Shown here: one piece after another, positions 36,201 to 48,472 of the stretch
How positions within the stretch are numbered: the stretch's first letter is position 1
Layout: every line of letters begins with the position of its first letter
Origin: Entomortierella parvispora E1425
Taxonomy: Eukaryota > Fungi > Mortierellomycota
Direction: 5' to 3'
DNA: 64,000 nt
Assembly: GCA_020891255.1 (NCBI GenBank)
Contig: BQFW01000012.1
Span: forward strand, 1,302,001 to 1,366,000
Notes under the pieces: generated by a model
Database searches by the model: none
Seen by the model: the letters and a program-made list of their open reading frames with translations, nothing else
Told to the model about the DNA's origin: nothing
Program-made: the position numbers and the translations under genes

Positions 36201-39200
36201 TCTGTCGTCCTTGATCATTTTATGATTTTTTATGAGCACGCACGAGCATACCTCTTTGCAACTGTAATCAATTGCTTCATCAACTCATTGAGAGATCTTC
36301 CGAGGAGAAGAGAAAAAATCTACAGAAATGACCTCTCTTCGTCCTTGAACAATTGAAACGCCCCTCCCCCCTAGAGATGCCACTGGACACCTTGAGCCAA
36401 GAGTTAGTTAGGGTGGCAAAGCCACCCCTCCTGCCGATAATAAAGAAAAAAGAGCTGTCAAAGTTCATGAAGATTCTCATGAGACCTGCAGAGTTAAGCA
36501 TTTTATTTTTACAAAGCACTGGAGCTGAGATTGCTACAAGACAGAAATCATTTTTTGCGCATCTCTCGGGCATCTGCACGGCAGTACCTCCATCCAGCAA
36601 GGAGATATGGGAACGTGGTCAATGTACGTAGAGCTGAGTTGCTAGTCGTGTGCTAACGATTTTGGGCACGCCATACCTGGGCCTTGTCCCATTCCTGGAG
36701 ATGGGATGCAAGGAGGTAGTCCCGAATCGGTACCTTCATTCTTTTTTTGCTCTGGTATGTCCGTCCCCCGTTTTTATTTTGGCCACCATGTGCCAGGGAA
36801 TGTGCTCCGATCGTTCCTGTTTTCAGAGATCTCGCCGACAAGAGAGAGGTGGGTGTAATCTTGGTCAGCGTAAATGGACGTACTGTACTGTATTGAAATG
36901 CAGAGCCTCCTTTTCCTTTCTCTTTGATTACAGACAAGTGGAGAGGAAGGAAAGTCTACACACTCATCACCTATTTTTACTTAACACAGGAAACCAGCAT
37001 CCTCCGATCATGATCTGACCTTTACCGTTCTTTCATGTGGAGAGGAGCATGTCAACTTCAGCAGCAGAAACACGCACACTCTTACACATACATACATACA
37101 CACAGGTGGCAGATAAATTGCAATTACATATTACGGTGGTACCAGTCCTGGTTCTTTGTTCATCAATGACAGAGACTCCCCTCTCCCTTTCTCTTTGTGG
37201 AGGGCTCTCTTTTTTTCATATCTTTTTGGTCGACGCCCAAAAAAAAAAAAAAAATTCTTGACCTGAGTGGACGCGTGCTGGGAACTAGAATTGCAATGAG
37301 CTTTTTCATGGACCGAGGGAAAAGAGGAAAGGATTACCCACAGAGAGGCTGGGCTGCAGCAGAGGAATGGGTTAAAGTACGTCTTGTCCATAAATGAACC
37401 TGTGCGGCCGGTCAATTTGTCCCTGTGCCCGCCTATGAGCTCATTGAGCAAGGGCCGGAGGAGCCATTGGTGCAAGAGCAACGTGAACCCCAAGGCTGCA
37501 ACTGAACCCTTTGCCCGAGAAGCTCTAGCATAATAGGGTAGGACAGCACCCGAGATGACTCAAAACAACGACAGCCCCAGGAGGTTGTCCCCCTATCCGA
37601 GACATAAACGTCTGAAGGTTCATTTCTCTCTGTGTGATTGATCGCCCAGACTTGAACCTCCGCCCGGTGTTTCGCTCGTCTCCATTTGGGCTACCCCAGA
37701 CTGCACTTGGGTTTGAATGATAACACAGAGGGTGCCACCTGGAAGGAACAGAACAGAGAGAGGTGGAGGGAACGAGATGAGAAACGTTGTTGAAGAAGGA
37801 GTTCTTTCTTTTCACCGAGTTGATTTTTTTTTTTTTTTTTTTTTTTAGCAATATGTAAAAGCAATCATCGTCATAGTTCGAGACATTTTGAGTAGTCTCG
37901 GGCTGATATCCCTTTCAGCGTCATGGACCGTGTGGGATCTTTTTTTATCTTGATTATCCACGGTTATTTTATGACTACAGAACCAGCCCGCTCCAGCAGC
38001 CAGACCCTGGAGGGAGATCAAGAAGGACCAGCCAGGTCCAGGTCGGTACGAAGATGTGAATATGTAACCGGTTTCATTGTTCTCATGAACGAGTTGTGCT
38101 CGGACGATTCAAGAGTGGTTTCAACTCGCCTCCCTCTCTTGCCCCATAGCCGCACGCTAAAAAAAGATGTCTCTTGTTCTCCTTTTCCTCCGCGTCTTCT
38201 CCGGCAGGAACTTCGCAGCATCTTGGATATTGATAGCGTCGTTGTACGACAAGGCTATCCCCCCTTTGGAGGAGGAGGAGGAGCAGCAGAGAGAAAAATG
38301 GAGGCAGCGGATTATTAATACCGAGCTGTTTGCTGGATGATATCCTATCCGATCCATTGGTCTACTTGGTCCGGGATAGAAGAAACTAGTGGAAGGCATG
38401 TACCTTCCTGTGAATACTCACAAACAACATGGAGAAAAATGTCTAATTACCAAAAACGAGTCTCGTGGATCTGGACAGATTCATTTGTTGTCAAAATCGG
38501 TTGGGTCAGGTTGGGTCGAGCCTTTGACACTTTGACCTATTCTTTTTGTGCTCGAGGTCGTTGTAAAAAATAAAGGGCGGATGGTCCTGTCAAGGGCTTG
38601 TTTGTTACTGCGGTGAGCGGAAAGGAAGTTAATTGCGTTGTTCCAAAAACACACACATACACTCTCTCTCTGACACATATACACACACAATCGTAGTCGA
38701 TGCGTCGCTGCATGTGTTCCTGCACAAAAGAGTTTTTTTGGGTCGTGCTTGCAGAGCATCGAGAGCCAAGGAAGTCGGTTAAAAAAAAACTTGGACCTGA
38801 TCACATCCGCTGCATAGTTCAATCATTCCTCTCAGTTTCTTCATCTCTGCATTCAACCACACGGACAAATGCAAAGAAAGCACAAGGTCCTAAACAACAA
38901 CAAAACACTGACAAATACAAATAAACAATCCCTTATTTCGCTCCATCTCCCTGTGATGCCTTCCCTCCTTCTGTCTTCTTGTTCTCTTCATCGATGCAAG
39001 CAAGGAGCCTCCCATCTCTACTCCCGGACCTCAGCTGCAGCGAAAAATAAAGAAACAAAACGAAAAAACGGAGATCGCTTCCTCATCGTACCCAAACGTG
39101 GACCTGCTGCTCTCAAACCTTGACTGGCCAGTGGGGGAAGAGTCAGAGGTCTTGTCTCCCTATCAGAATAAGCCAGAGTAAACCAAAAACAGAAAAATAG

Positions 39201-40954
39201 TCAGATCGTCCGTCCCCTCTCATCATCCTTCAACTCTGTTTTTCTGTGGTCATTCTCCAAGATTGGGATTATCTACATCTCTGGCCTCGACCTTTTTTCA
39301 TTCTTTCAAAAAGATACCAAACTATCGTAAAGGTAAACCGTTAGAGTAGATTCATCTTCTGCACCTTTGGCCGCTGACGACTTTTTGCCACCTCCACCCC
39401 CCCCCTTGTTACTGCCTCCATGGGCACAGTCAGCAGTTGCAGTGATAAACAAGAGCAGGAGCAAAAAAAAAAAAAAGTGAGGGTAAAAATAAAGAAACAG
39501 CAATGCAGTGTGTGTGTTTGTTTCTCCCTTCCACCTCCTCAGCTGCAACTCTGGACACCAACAAAGCAAACAACCAGCGGTTCAAAAAGGTTCATTTGGG
39601 TTGCATATCAGATATTGGGGTAGCACAAGCACCCACACGGCCGACAAAAATAACACGACAAAAAAGAATAAAGAAAACAAAAAAAAAAATAACGATCCCT
39701 CCTCTTTTTCACCCCTGCCCTCACTTTCACTCGCTCACTTCAACCCAGAGTCTCATGGTCACACACTGGTTTTATTTATATCTTTTTGGTTCTGAAGGTG
39801 GAAAAGGACACAGTCGATCGAGGTGAATGTCCCCAGTCAAGGGGAGTTGTTGCTGAGGGGAGCAAGGTAGTGGTGGTAGTAGTGGGCAGTAGGAGACGGA
39901 TTGTGTAAAAAAAAAAATATAAAAAAAAGGAGAGAGATTATTGAACTGACACAACAAAGGAATTGGAAGCGTGGATTGTGGACGATCCCCAGGGCAAACA
40001 TGGTCTTCCGTCCGCTGTAGTAAACCTGAAATGGTGGGAACAACAACGCTGTGAAGGAAGGACACGAACATAGGGTCCGTTCATGTAGTCTCTTGAGGAT
40101 AATGAATGACCAACGAGGGAAACAGGGTCAAGCACAGGGTCAGAATAGCAGCAGTGACGAAGGGGACAGATTGCTTCCCGGATATGTATCGCATCCCTGT
40201 CCTTTCCGTACGTGTGGTAGGATGACTTTTTTTGGCTGGTGGCCTGCAGTTGAGAGAGAAACAGGCCGACAGAGCGAGGGTTGACAGCGAGTAAACAACA
40301 TTGCTGCAGCAAGCAAAAGCAAAGCAAAGCAAAAAAATATAATCGAGAGCAGCAAAAGAGTAAACGCTCCTTCCTTGGCCACCCTCCTTCGATCCTCTTT
40401 CCCTCGTTCGTTTTGTATTCAATTGCAGTTCTATTCTCGTGCAGAGCAACAGCCAGCCAGCTTGTTGAGAGGAGGGATTGAACATCAACCCTAAATTGCA
40501 TTCTCGTCCTCCGCATCATCGCAATGGAAATGGTTCTTATTCGATATCAAACAAACGCGCCACTCACAGGCACAACCACCACATTCAATTTCAGCTCCAC
40601 CGAGTTCATTCAATCGACTGAAAGGGAAAGATCGTCTTTTCTTTACTCCCGTCAATTTCAATTGACCAGACTCTGCGGTCAATAGTAAAATTATAAAGGA
40701 ATGGTCCGCTGCTCTTTCCCCTTCTCCCTCTCTCTTCCAGGCCGCCTCTTTTTTCCCTCTTCTTTTCTCTTTTTCTCTTTTTTCTCTTCACTTGCAACTC
40801 TTTCCTTGTCCATATCCCCCATTGATTGCATGTAGCATCCACTCTCATTCTTCTCTTCTTCTTCTTCCCTCTCTCTCTGTCGTCTCCCTCCCTCCTTCGC
40901 AGCCTTCCCTCCCCTCCCCTGCGCAGCAGCACAACACGGTGCCTCAGACTCATC

Positions 40955-43615
40955 ATGGACACCCCTTCACTCCCCTCCCAGTTCGAGTACTTGGCTGTCT
41001 CGACCCCGCTTCTTGCATCCCAGAACCAGCCCCTCTACGAATATGACCTCTCAGGCACAGCTACAGCTACGCCCCCCATTCCCTCGACCTCGTCTCTTGA
41101 CAACCCCTCGCCCTATGGTTACCCTCCCTTCTCGTCCACACAGAACCCACTCTTCTCCTCTCCTCCTGCTGCACCTGTACCACATCTCCCATCCTCGGGA
41201 ACAGGAGACAGTGGCAACAACCAAGGTAGCGCGTTCTCCCCCACAAACAACTCCATGCCCAACTACTTTACACAACAACAACACTATCCCAATCACAATC
41301 GGCACGCCCAATACTTTGACAGCAACCTGATCATCACCCCTGGATCTCTGTCGTCCCCAGAGGAAAACTCGGGTATGATGGCTGAGGACCAAGGCGGTAT
41401 GTTTATGGACGCGACAATGCAGGGGCAGGAGGACAACACCAACACTGGCATCAACGGCAACAAGGCCTGGCTGTGGGATTCGTACCCGACCACCAACCCC
41501 ACACCCTCCCTCGAGGCCCTGATCGAGCAGCAACTCCACATGGACACCCTCTCGCCTGGGCCACAGCAAAACCATGTCTCGGCGGACCAACAGCAATTCT
41601 ACCAGCTTCAGTCCCAGGAGCTCCAACAGCAACAGCAACAACAACAACAACAGCTGCTCCAATCTCCACCCATGATCGGATCGATGACCCCGCCCATGAC
41701 GCCTCACCCCCCACACCGACTTTTCCACTCACAGTCGCAGCCAGGCTTGAGAGCCCTGCAGCAGCAGCAACAGAAGCAGCAGCTCCAGCAACAGCAGAGT
41801 CAGCAGCAGCAGCAGAACCTCCGTCGCCGACAACACTCTGTGCACTTTCCCAGCGAGTTCCTCTCGGGCGATCTTGGCAACATGCGTCCCAATCGCCACG
41901 TCAGTCTTCCAGTCGGATCGTATTCCGCGCCTGTACCGTCGCTTGCCAGCTTGTCCGAGATGATGCGGGATTCTCCCTCAGGCGGTAGTACAGACCTCCT
42001 GGCGGCCGGGAACGGTCCCACGACCATGGCTGAAACAGCTACTCTTTTGTCCATGTCCCTGCCAGCAGCTGGATTCTCGTTCTTGGATAGCCCTCCTCCA
42101 CCGATGCTTCATCACCATCACCACCATATGCACTTTCAGCCTACAGGGATGCACCAGCACTTCTTGCCCACGAGCCCGCCTTTGACTTCGTCCACTGATA
42201 TCTCGGGAGCATCGACGCCCAAGTCACGGTCTAGAGCCGGATCCAAGTCGCGCTCTCGTCCCACCTCGGCCTCTTCAATTGCAACCGTCAGGAATGCGAG
42301 CGCTCCTTATTCACCTTCAACCACGCCGGGAGCCATGGCAGCGGCTTCCCGATCGCCCTCGTTGATTCCTCTATCTCCGATCCCGCCATTCAAACTCGGA
42401 TCAGCCACCGCGGACTCGGATTTGGGACCTCCTCCTAAACCTGCTTACGAGACGGGTTTGATCGTGCTACCTGGATCTCTGGGCGCAGCAACGGCGACGG
42501 GGGCAGCCTCGCCAGGATCAGGGGCGGGGGCAGCAACAGTAGGCACAGGCGGAAAGGCAAAGCGCATCTCTCGGACGAAGCTTCCCACCTCAAAATCTCG
42601 GTCTCGGTCCAGCACCATCTCGAATATCACCTCTCCCGTCAACAGCTCAGCCATTGGAACCCCCTCGGAATCGACGGCGGCCATGATGAACTCTCCGTTT
42701 TCGTTGGTGTTGTCGGAGCAGGATGAGAAGACGCTCCAGGGCTTGGCCGATCAGGCCGCGGCCAACAACCACTCGGCCATGAACTCTTCCGAGCTGCACT
42801 TTGTACCGCCCCCGCCAGCCCTTCAACACCACTCAGCGCCCATCATCCTCGGCAGTCATCCACACCAGCACTCGAACGGAGACGTGGACCCGTTCCAACT
42901 GGAGGCTTCGGTGCAACTTCAATCACACTCACATCATCAGCATCAACAACAACACCATTCTCACCACCAGCAACATCCCTTGGACCCCAACATGTTTGAA
43001 CTCTCGCTCATGTCGGATCTGGAGGAAGGCAGCGATCTGGACGAGGAAGGTGTCGATGGCGAGGAGGATGACGATACCCTAACGACCCCTAATGCCCATT
43101 TAATGAATACCAACGTAACGACCCCTTCTGACTCGTCCTCGAGCTCCTCTCCTGCGCCGACCCCAGCCACGACCGAAAAGGCCTCTAGTGGCAAGCCCAT
43201 CCCCTGCCCATTCCCAAGCTGTCCAAAGTCCTTTACGCGTCATTTCAACTTGACGGCGCACGTTAAGTCCCACGAGACCTTGAAGCCTTACTCGTGCCAT
43301 GTGTGCCCTCGTGTGTTCTCTCGCAAACATGACTTGCAACGCCACATTCGAGTTCACACGGGCTCCAAGCCCTATGTCTGTGTGAACTGTCAAAAGGCCT
43401 TTGCTCGGACGGATGCTCTCTGTCGCCATTACAAGACTGAGGAAGCCTGCCGCAATGTCATGTCTCAAGATGATGATATCAAGAAGCAGGCCCAACAGCA
43501 GATCCAACAGCAATTGCATCAGGAGCAGATTGAACTCCAACAGGCACAGCAGGCACATGCTCAGGCGCAAGCGGCACTTCAGCAGCAACAGCAACAACAA
43601 GCTGTGGAGCCTTAG
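40955..43615 (+). CDS. C2H2 zinc-finger transcription factor, Crz1/CrzA-like finger array, intronless
   Basis: Fingers CPFPSCPKSFTRHFNLTAHVKSH and CHVCPRVFSRKHDLQRHIRVH, TGSKPY linker, and an atypical third finger CVNCQKAFARTDALCRHYKTEEAC. PolyQ and Ser/Pro-rich regions upstream. Start taken at MDTPSL after the CT-rich leader. Confidence 0.88.
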   Translation: MDTPSLPSQFEYLAVSTPLLASQNQPLYEYDLSGTATATPPIPSTSSLDNPSPYGYPPFSSTQNPLFSSPPAAPVPHLPSSGTGDSGNNQGSAFSPTNNSMPNYFTQQQHYPNHNRHAQYFDSNLIITPGSLSSPEENSGMMAEDQGGMFMDATMQGQEDNTNTGINGNKAWLWDSYPTTNPTPSLEALIEQQLHMDTLSPGPQQNHVSADQQQFYQLQSQELQQQQQQQQQQLLQSPPMIGSMTPPMTPHPPHRLFHSQSQPGLRALQQQQQKQQLQQQQSQQQQQNLRRRQHSVHFPSEFLSGDLGNMRPNRHVSLPVGSYSAPVPSLASLSEMMRDSPSGGSTDLLAAGNGPTTMAETATLLSMSLPAAGFSFLDSPPPPMLHHHHHHMHFQPTGMHQHFLPTSPPLTSSTDISGASTPKSRSRAGSKSRSRPTSASSIATVRNASAPYSPSTTPGAMAAASRSPSLIPLSPIPPFKLGSATADSDLGPPPKPAYETGLIVLPGSLGAATATGAASPGSGAGAATVGTGGKAKRISRTKLPTSKSRSRSSTISNITSPVNSSAIGTPSESTAAMMNSPFSLVLSEQDEKTLQGLADQAAANNHSAMNSSELHFVPPPPALQHHSAPIILGSHPHQHSNGDVDPFQLEASVQLQSHSHHQHQQQHHSHHQQHPLDPNMFELSLMSDLEEGSDLDEEGVDGEEDDDTLTTPNAHLMNTNVTTPSDSSSSSSPAPTPATTEKASSGKPIPCPFPSCPKSFTRHFNLTAHVKSHETLKPYSCHVCPRVFSRKHDLQRHIRVHTGSKPYVCVNCQKAFARTDALCRHYKTEEACRNVMSQDDDIKKQAQQQIQQQLHQEQIELQQAQQAHAQAQAALQQQQQQQAVEP

Positions 43616-44006
43616 AAGGAAACAACAACAAAAAAAAAAAACAAAAAAAAAATGCAAAAGTAGTCTTCCTTCCTTCCTTCCTTCCTTCCTTCCCCTTTTT
43701 CCTTACATAGCGCAGTTCTCTTTTTTTATCTTCTTGTAACTTCTTTTCTTTGCACAAATCCCCGTTCTTTGCCACTCCTTTCACCCCTCCCCTCATTGTA
43801 GATTCATGACTTTTTTCCTTCTTTTTCTTTTTCACCCACCTCTTCCCCACCTTGTAACATACTCATAAATAACGAAACAATTTTGATGACGATTTTGGTC
43901 CTCCCTTTTTTTTTTTTTTTTTTTTTGGGTTTGCTTTGCGGAATGAATATTAGATGCGTGTAAAAAAAAATATAGCAAGAGGGAAAGAGGAGAAAAAGTT
44001 GGAGTC

Positions 44007-46460
44007 TTAATTGGGATCGGTGGTCCCAATGGGGGCGGCAGGAGGAGGGGGAGCGATAAGGACGGTAGGGCCGCTGGTCGATTTCCTTCTCGCGAGAACT
44101 GGGGCATCAGCAGGGGCGGATGGCGCAGGGCCTGTTCCTCCGTCTTGTCCTCCTTCTCCTGTCGACTGGCTGACGTCGCCTGCAGCAGCGTCACCCTTGA
44201 TGCCTTGTTCTTGTTGTTGTTGTTGTTGTTGATTTTGGGTCGATGGAGCAGAGGAGGACGGCGTCGACAACACAGAGGTGGTCGACAGCGAGAAGGAGGA
44301 ACCCGTCGGTCCAAATTCAGTGACCGACTCTTGAGGGTTGGGAGAATATGCGTTGTCGGTATAATATGAAGGTTGGGAGCTGCTTTGTTGCTGTTGTAGT
44401 TGTTGGTGAGGGTACACCTGCGGGCGTTGTTGTGGGTAATACGCCTGTGATGTCTGATACGGTGAGGGATAGCGGGGCTGTTGCTGCTGCTGAGGATTTG
44501 AATACATGTTCGTCATGTTGTTGTCGGATCGCCTTCGCGTCGTGATCGACGGTGGGATGATCAAGATCGAGGAAGAGGCTGGCCGTGGGTTCTTTGTTGT
44601 CGTCATGCTCGGAGGTCGTCCCACTCCAGCTCCATGGGCATCCCCTCCCTCATAAGCAGAGGATCTTGATACAGCCGATGCTCGTACGGGCTGCTGTTGG
44701 TTCTGCTGGGACGAGGGGCGACCTTCTAGCTCCTCACCATCGTCAAACCTGTCTTTTGGTGCAGGCATAAACGGAGAGCCCAAGTCAAGAGCATCAATCT
44801 CCTCAGCCCAAGCTTCTTTGCCACCACCGGCTGCATTGAGTCCATCGTTTGTGTTGGTGATCTCCTCTTTGTCTGAGGCGGGCGCATCGTGCGAGGACTG
44901 TGCAGGTGGCATTGGATACATTGGACGTCCATTCGAAGAAGCTCCTTGGAAAGACTGTGGATGATAGGGGTGTTGATGTTGAGGCGTGTATGGATACGGC
45001 TGTGGATGATAGTTTTGGTTATATTGCTGTTGTCCAATGCCATTGCCGACGCTAACTGTTTTCGCCCGGAACAGAGGACTTGACTGCTTAGAATTGGAAT
45101 GGGATTGATGATGAGGATAGATATCAGGAGAAAGACTGGAGCGACGACTCAGGTTCACACTTGCTCCTCCACTGCCCCCGCCTTGGTTATAATGAGAGGA
45201 TCCTCCTCCGAGGCCAGGGTACAGGTAGTGCGCATGATGTGAACCCGCTGTTCCACCATAATAATCATCAAAGGAACTGGTCCTAAACTCGCCCGTAGAT
45301 TCCTGAGGTCCAGCCACATAGTCGCCGCTGCCAATGATAAGACTGTTGGAGCGCGTCATCCCTTGGCTCTGCGGCGTATGCACCAGCAATCCAGAGCTGT
45401 TTGCACTTGCCAACAAGCCACTGCTACTTCCGGCACCGCCGCCCGCAACACTTCCAGCCCCATAGACACCTCCTGTCAGGGGCGTTGCCGATCCAGACGT
45501 GCTCCAGTAACCGGATCCACCTCCCCTTGCCCCCAAGGTTGGACTCATAGAGTTGCTTCTCCTTGACAATAGCGCGTTCTGGTGGTGTTCAGACATTTCC
45601 TGCAGCGCGCGACTGATATCCGAGCCATCTCCTGGAGCACCACCAAAGTAACCACCCCCTCTACCAAGGCTTTGGAAGCTCTCCCTTCGAAGAGCGGCCG
45701 CGGCCGCAGCCCCTGCACCTCCTGCTCCGTTGTCCTTTACAAAAAGATCGCCCAATCCGTTGGTCAACGTAGCAGAGGAGGAACTCTTGGAGAAGAGATG
45801 CATTCGTCTCTTGGCGCTTCTTCGCCTGAAAAGACAAAAGACCACTAGTCCCATGCAGGCCAAGACAAGAAAGATCACCACTAAGGAGACCGTCAGCATG
45901 ATCCCTGCATTCGCGTCCGGCTCATTGTCCGGATTCTCGGGCCAATAGTACGGTGTCTCCGAGGGCTCTGCGAGCCCCGTAGTGCTCGGCCTCGAATGGT
46001 GCTTTCTGGTAAATGACTGGACTGTCGTCGTGACGGGGGCGATAGGGTTCGTTTGAGGGATGAGGGGCTGTTGTTGTTGTAGAGGGGGCGGAGGAGGGAG
46101 AGATGCTGGCGCTGAGGAAGGTACGGAGGGGAACAAAGGGATAGTATTATCGGAAGTGGGTGATGCAGGTTGAGGTGCTCTGGGTGCACCCACAATGGGC
46201 AAGGTAGACAACAGGGGAATATTGTTACCATTATTGTTATTGCTCTCAGGAGGTGATGTTGCTGCCAGTGGTGGCGATTGTGGTAGAGGCAGTGCTGGAG
46301 CTGAACCTGGAACAGGAGCAGGAGCTGCTGCTGGTGGTGCGTCATTGTTATTGCCATTGCCCTTGCCACCGTGATTGTTATGGTTGTTGTTATTATCAGG
46401 CTGAGAAGGTGCTGGCGCGTTTTCAGCTCCAGGTGGAGGAGGAGGTTGTGTACCCGCCAT
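44007..46460 (-). CDS. Single-pass membrane protein with Pro/Asn-rich N-terminus and long disordered C-terminal tail, 817 aa
   Basis: Long intronless ORF with one strong hydrophobic segment (GIMLTVSLVVIFLVLACMGLVVFCLF) followed by RRRSAKRR. No catalytic domain recognised. Confidence 0.75.
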   Translation of the reverse strand: MAGTQPPPPPGAENAPAPSQPDNNNNHNNHGGKGNGNNNDAPPAAAPAPVPGSAPALPLPQSPPLAATSPPESNNNNGNNIPLLSTLPIVGAPRAPQPASPTSDNTIPLFPSVPSSAPASLPPPPPLQQQQPLIPQTNPIAPVTTTVQSFTRKHHSRPSTTGLAEPSETPYYWPENPDNEPDANAGIMLTVSLVVIFLVLACMGLVVFCLFRRRSAKRRMHLFSKSSSSATLTNGLGDLFVKDNGAGGAGAAAAAALRRESFQSLGRGGGYFGGAPGDGSDISRALQEMSEHHQNALLSRRSNSMSPTLGARGGGSGYWSTSGSATPLTGGVYGAGSVAGGGAGSSSGLLASANSSGLLVHTPQSQGMTRSNSLIIGSGDYVAGPQESTGEFRTSSFDDYYGGTAGSHHAHYLYPGLGGGSSHYNQGGGSGGASVNLSRRSSLSPDIYPHHQSHSNSKQSSPLFRAKTVSVGNGIGQQQYNQNYHPQPYPYTPQHQHPYHPQSFQGASSNGRPMYPMPPAQSSHDAPASDKEEITNTNDGLNAAGGGKEAWAEEIDALDLGSPFMPAPKDRFDDGEELEGRPSSQQNQQQPVRASAVSRSSAYEGGDAHGAGVGRPPSMTTTKNPRPASSSILIIPPSITTRRRSDNNMTNMYSNPQQQQQPRYPSPYQTSQAYYPQQRPQVYPHQQLQQQQSSSQPSYYTDNAYSPNPQESVTEFGPTGSSFSLSTTSVLSTPSSSAPSTQNQQQQQQQEQGIKGDAAAGDVSQSTGEGGQDGGTGPAPSAPADAPVLARRKSTSGPTVLIAPPPPAAPIGTTDPN

Positions 46461-47842
46461 GAGAAGGAAGGTCAGGCAAGGAGCACAACTAACAACGACT
46501 CAAATACACAGCTACAGGTCTCTATGGCAAAGTGAGAGGGGCTAGTGTTGCTCAGGAAGCTTGAGATGTTGGTTATAAGGAGGAAAGCCCTGGAGCATGG
46601 AGAGTTGAATGAGCCAAAGAGAAACAGTGTCGAGAGGAGAGTTGCGAAGAAGGGGATGGAAAAAGTAACATAAAAAAATAAAAAAAAATAAAAAACTGGG
46701 GAGGCAGAGGCAGAGAGAGAAAGCAATAGAGAATATGTGCAAGATAAGGTCGATTGCAACGACGGCGGATTAGAAATGAGAGGTTTTTTCTTCTTCTTCT
46801 TTGCTATTGATGAAAATGGGGAGATTGAAAAAGGAGGTAACCAAGGGAAGAGAATTACATGCGAGGAGGTGGAACCAAGCAGCCCGTAAAAACAACCAAG
46901 GTGGACACACTGGAGACACCATGTTTTGTTTTCTGCGAGGTTTAAGGGGGCTCCGTGATCTGACGTTGGCTATATATATTAGCGTGCTAGCTTTACAGGT
47001 CGCCAATCGGCCAGAGTAAGCACCAAGGAAAACGCGGAGTCGATGGCGGAAAAACGGGAGCGGTCGCAGCTCCTACGATGTCATGCAGGTTCCAACACGC
47101 GTGAAAGTCTAGGGATAAACGCGTCGACTTGATCCAAGTTGAGAGCAAAGCAAGAAAATGTTGCTTCTCCGAGGTCGCGCACAGCCGTGGAATCAACGAC
47201 CTGCGTTACTGCGCTCAACCATCAATGTTCTTTTATGCGCGATTGGGCTTTGCCCTGTCGTTGTTATTTTTGGGATTGCTACACACCCAGGGCGCACGCG
47301 AAAGTATCCCCGGGCAACGCCAAATATTTTTTTAAATACTTTGACCCTTTTTTTTGGTAGGCTGTATGTGGAGAAGGGCGCGTCTGACTTGCGGGCTGGC
47401 AGGAACAGGACAGCAATGTCTAAAGATAGCCATTTTTGTACCAGTTGATCCTCCTAACGAAGAGAAGAAAGGGATGAAGGACATTCCCTGCCGAAAATGG
47501 CACGCGTTGCCTTTATTCTTTATGGTCTTTCCACATCCCTTGACCTTACGCCCAGTTGGCTGATGGAGGACTGATGGTCCTCCACGCGCGCACAGCGCTA
47601 GGGTGTGTCAGTGCCTCACCCTAGTCAACCTTCCATTCCATCCCCTGCTGGTTATCCCCTTGATAACTTCCTTCCCCCCTCACCGCCACATTGCCGACTA
47701 TAAAATGGCACCATTCTTCATCATCTCGGCCTCTCTCTTTTCTTCATCCTCACAGCTCTCGAACACCTCTCTCTTCTCGACACTCCAAAGCAACCACTCA
47801 AGCAACCACTCAAGAAGCCACTCAAGCAACTACATTCCCATC

Positions 47843-48472
47843 ATGGTCAAGTCCGCCATCGCATTCTTCGCCGCTTCCGTGGCCTTACTTCTCTCTGCTA
47901 CGATTGAATCAGCGCCAGTTTCCCTGGCCAAGTCAGGACAGACAGGCGCCTTGATTTCCGCGTCCAGCTTCTGCATCTTTTTGCCACCTCAATATGGAGG
48001 AAACGTGAGTTTTTCTTTTGTCGGTCGCCTTTATTCTCTTCTTTTTCCATTGACTTTTGCTGCCTTGTGACTAACGAGCCCTTTCATTTTTATTCTCTTC
48101 CAGATCGCCGACAATGAAGACCGAGCCATCGCATTCTGCACAGAGAGCATCTCATCGGCCCCTGGCGCAAAGATCCTCCCCGACGGATTCATTCAGTCGG
48201 CCAACTGGGTCAGCAACACGGACAACAACTGGGTCCAGGTGACGGGCCGCATCGATCGCACAAAGTACGGTCTTGACAAGAACGACGGTGGTGGACAGTA
48301 CGACATGCGCGCTCCCGTCGGAGCCATTTGCGCCGGTTACAATGCGTTTGTGCAGATCACGGAGCCCGATGACAACATTTACTGCATTCGCTGCTGCAAG
48401 AACAAGTCGGACTGCCCCGTCAACAAGTCCACAGACGGTTGCAAGGACGTCTTGAAAGGAAATTACTCGTAA
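47843..48472 (+). CDS. Small secreted 8-cysteine protein (176 aa), resembling the FCxFxPP...DxGGQ/EYD domain seen in Cryptococcus MP88-type and Mucoromycota secreted proteins, 2 exons
   Basis: Signal peptide MVKSAIAFFAASVALLLSATIESA; intron 48005-48103 (GTGAGT...CTAAC...CAG); FCIFLPP, AFCT, PDGFI, VQVTGRIDRTKY, DGGGQYD, YCIRCC...DCP...GC. The family resemblance is from memory, not a search. Confidence 0.85.
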
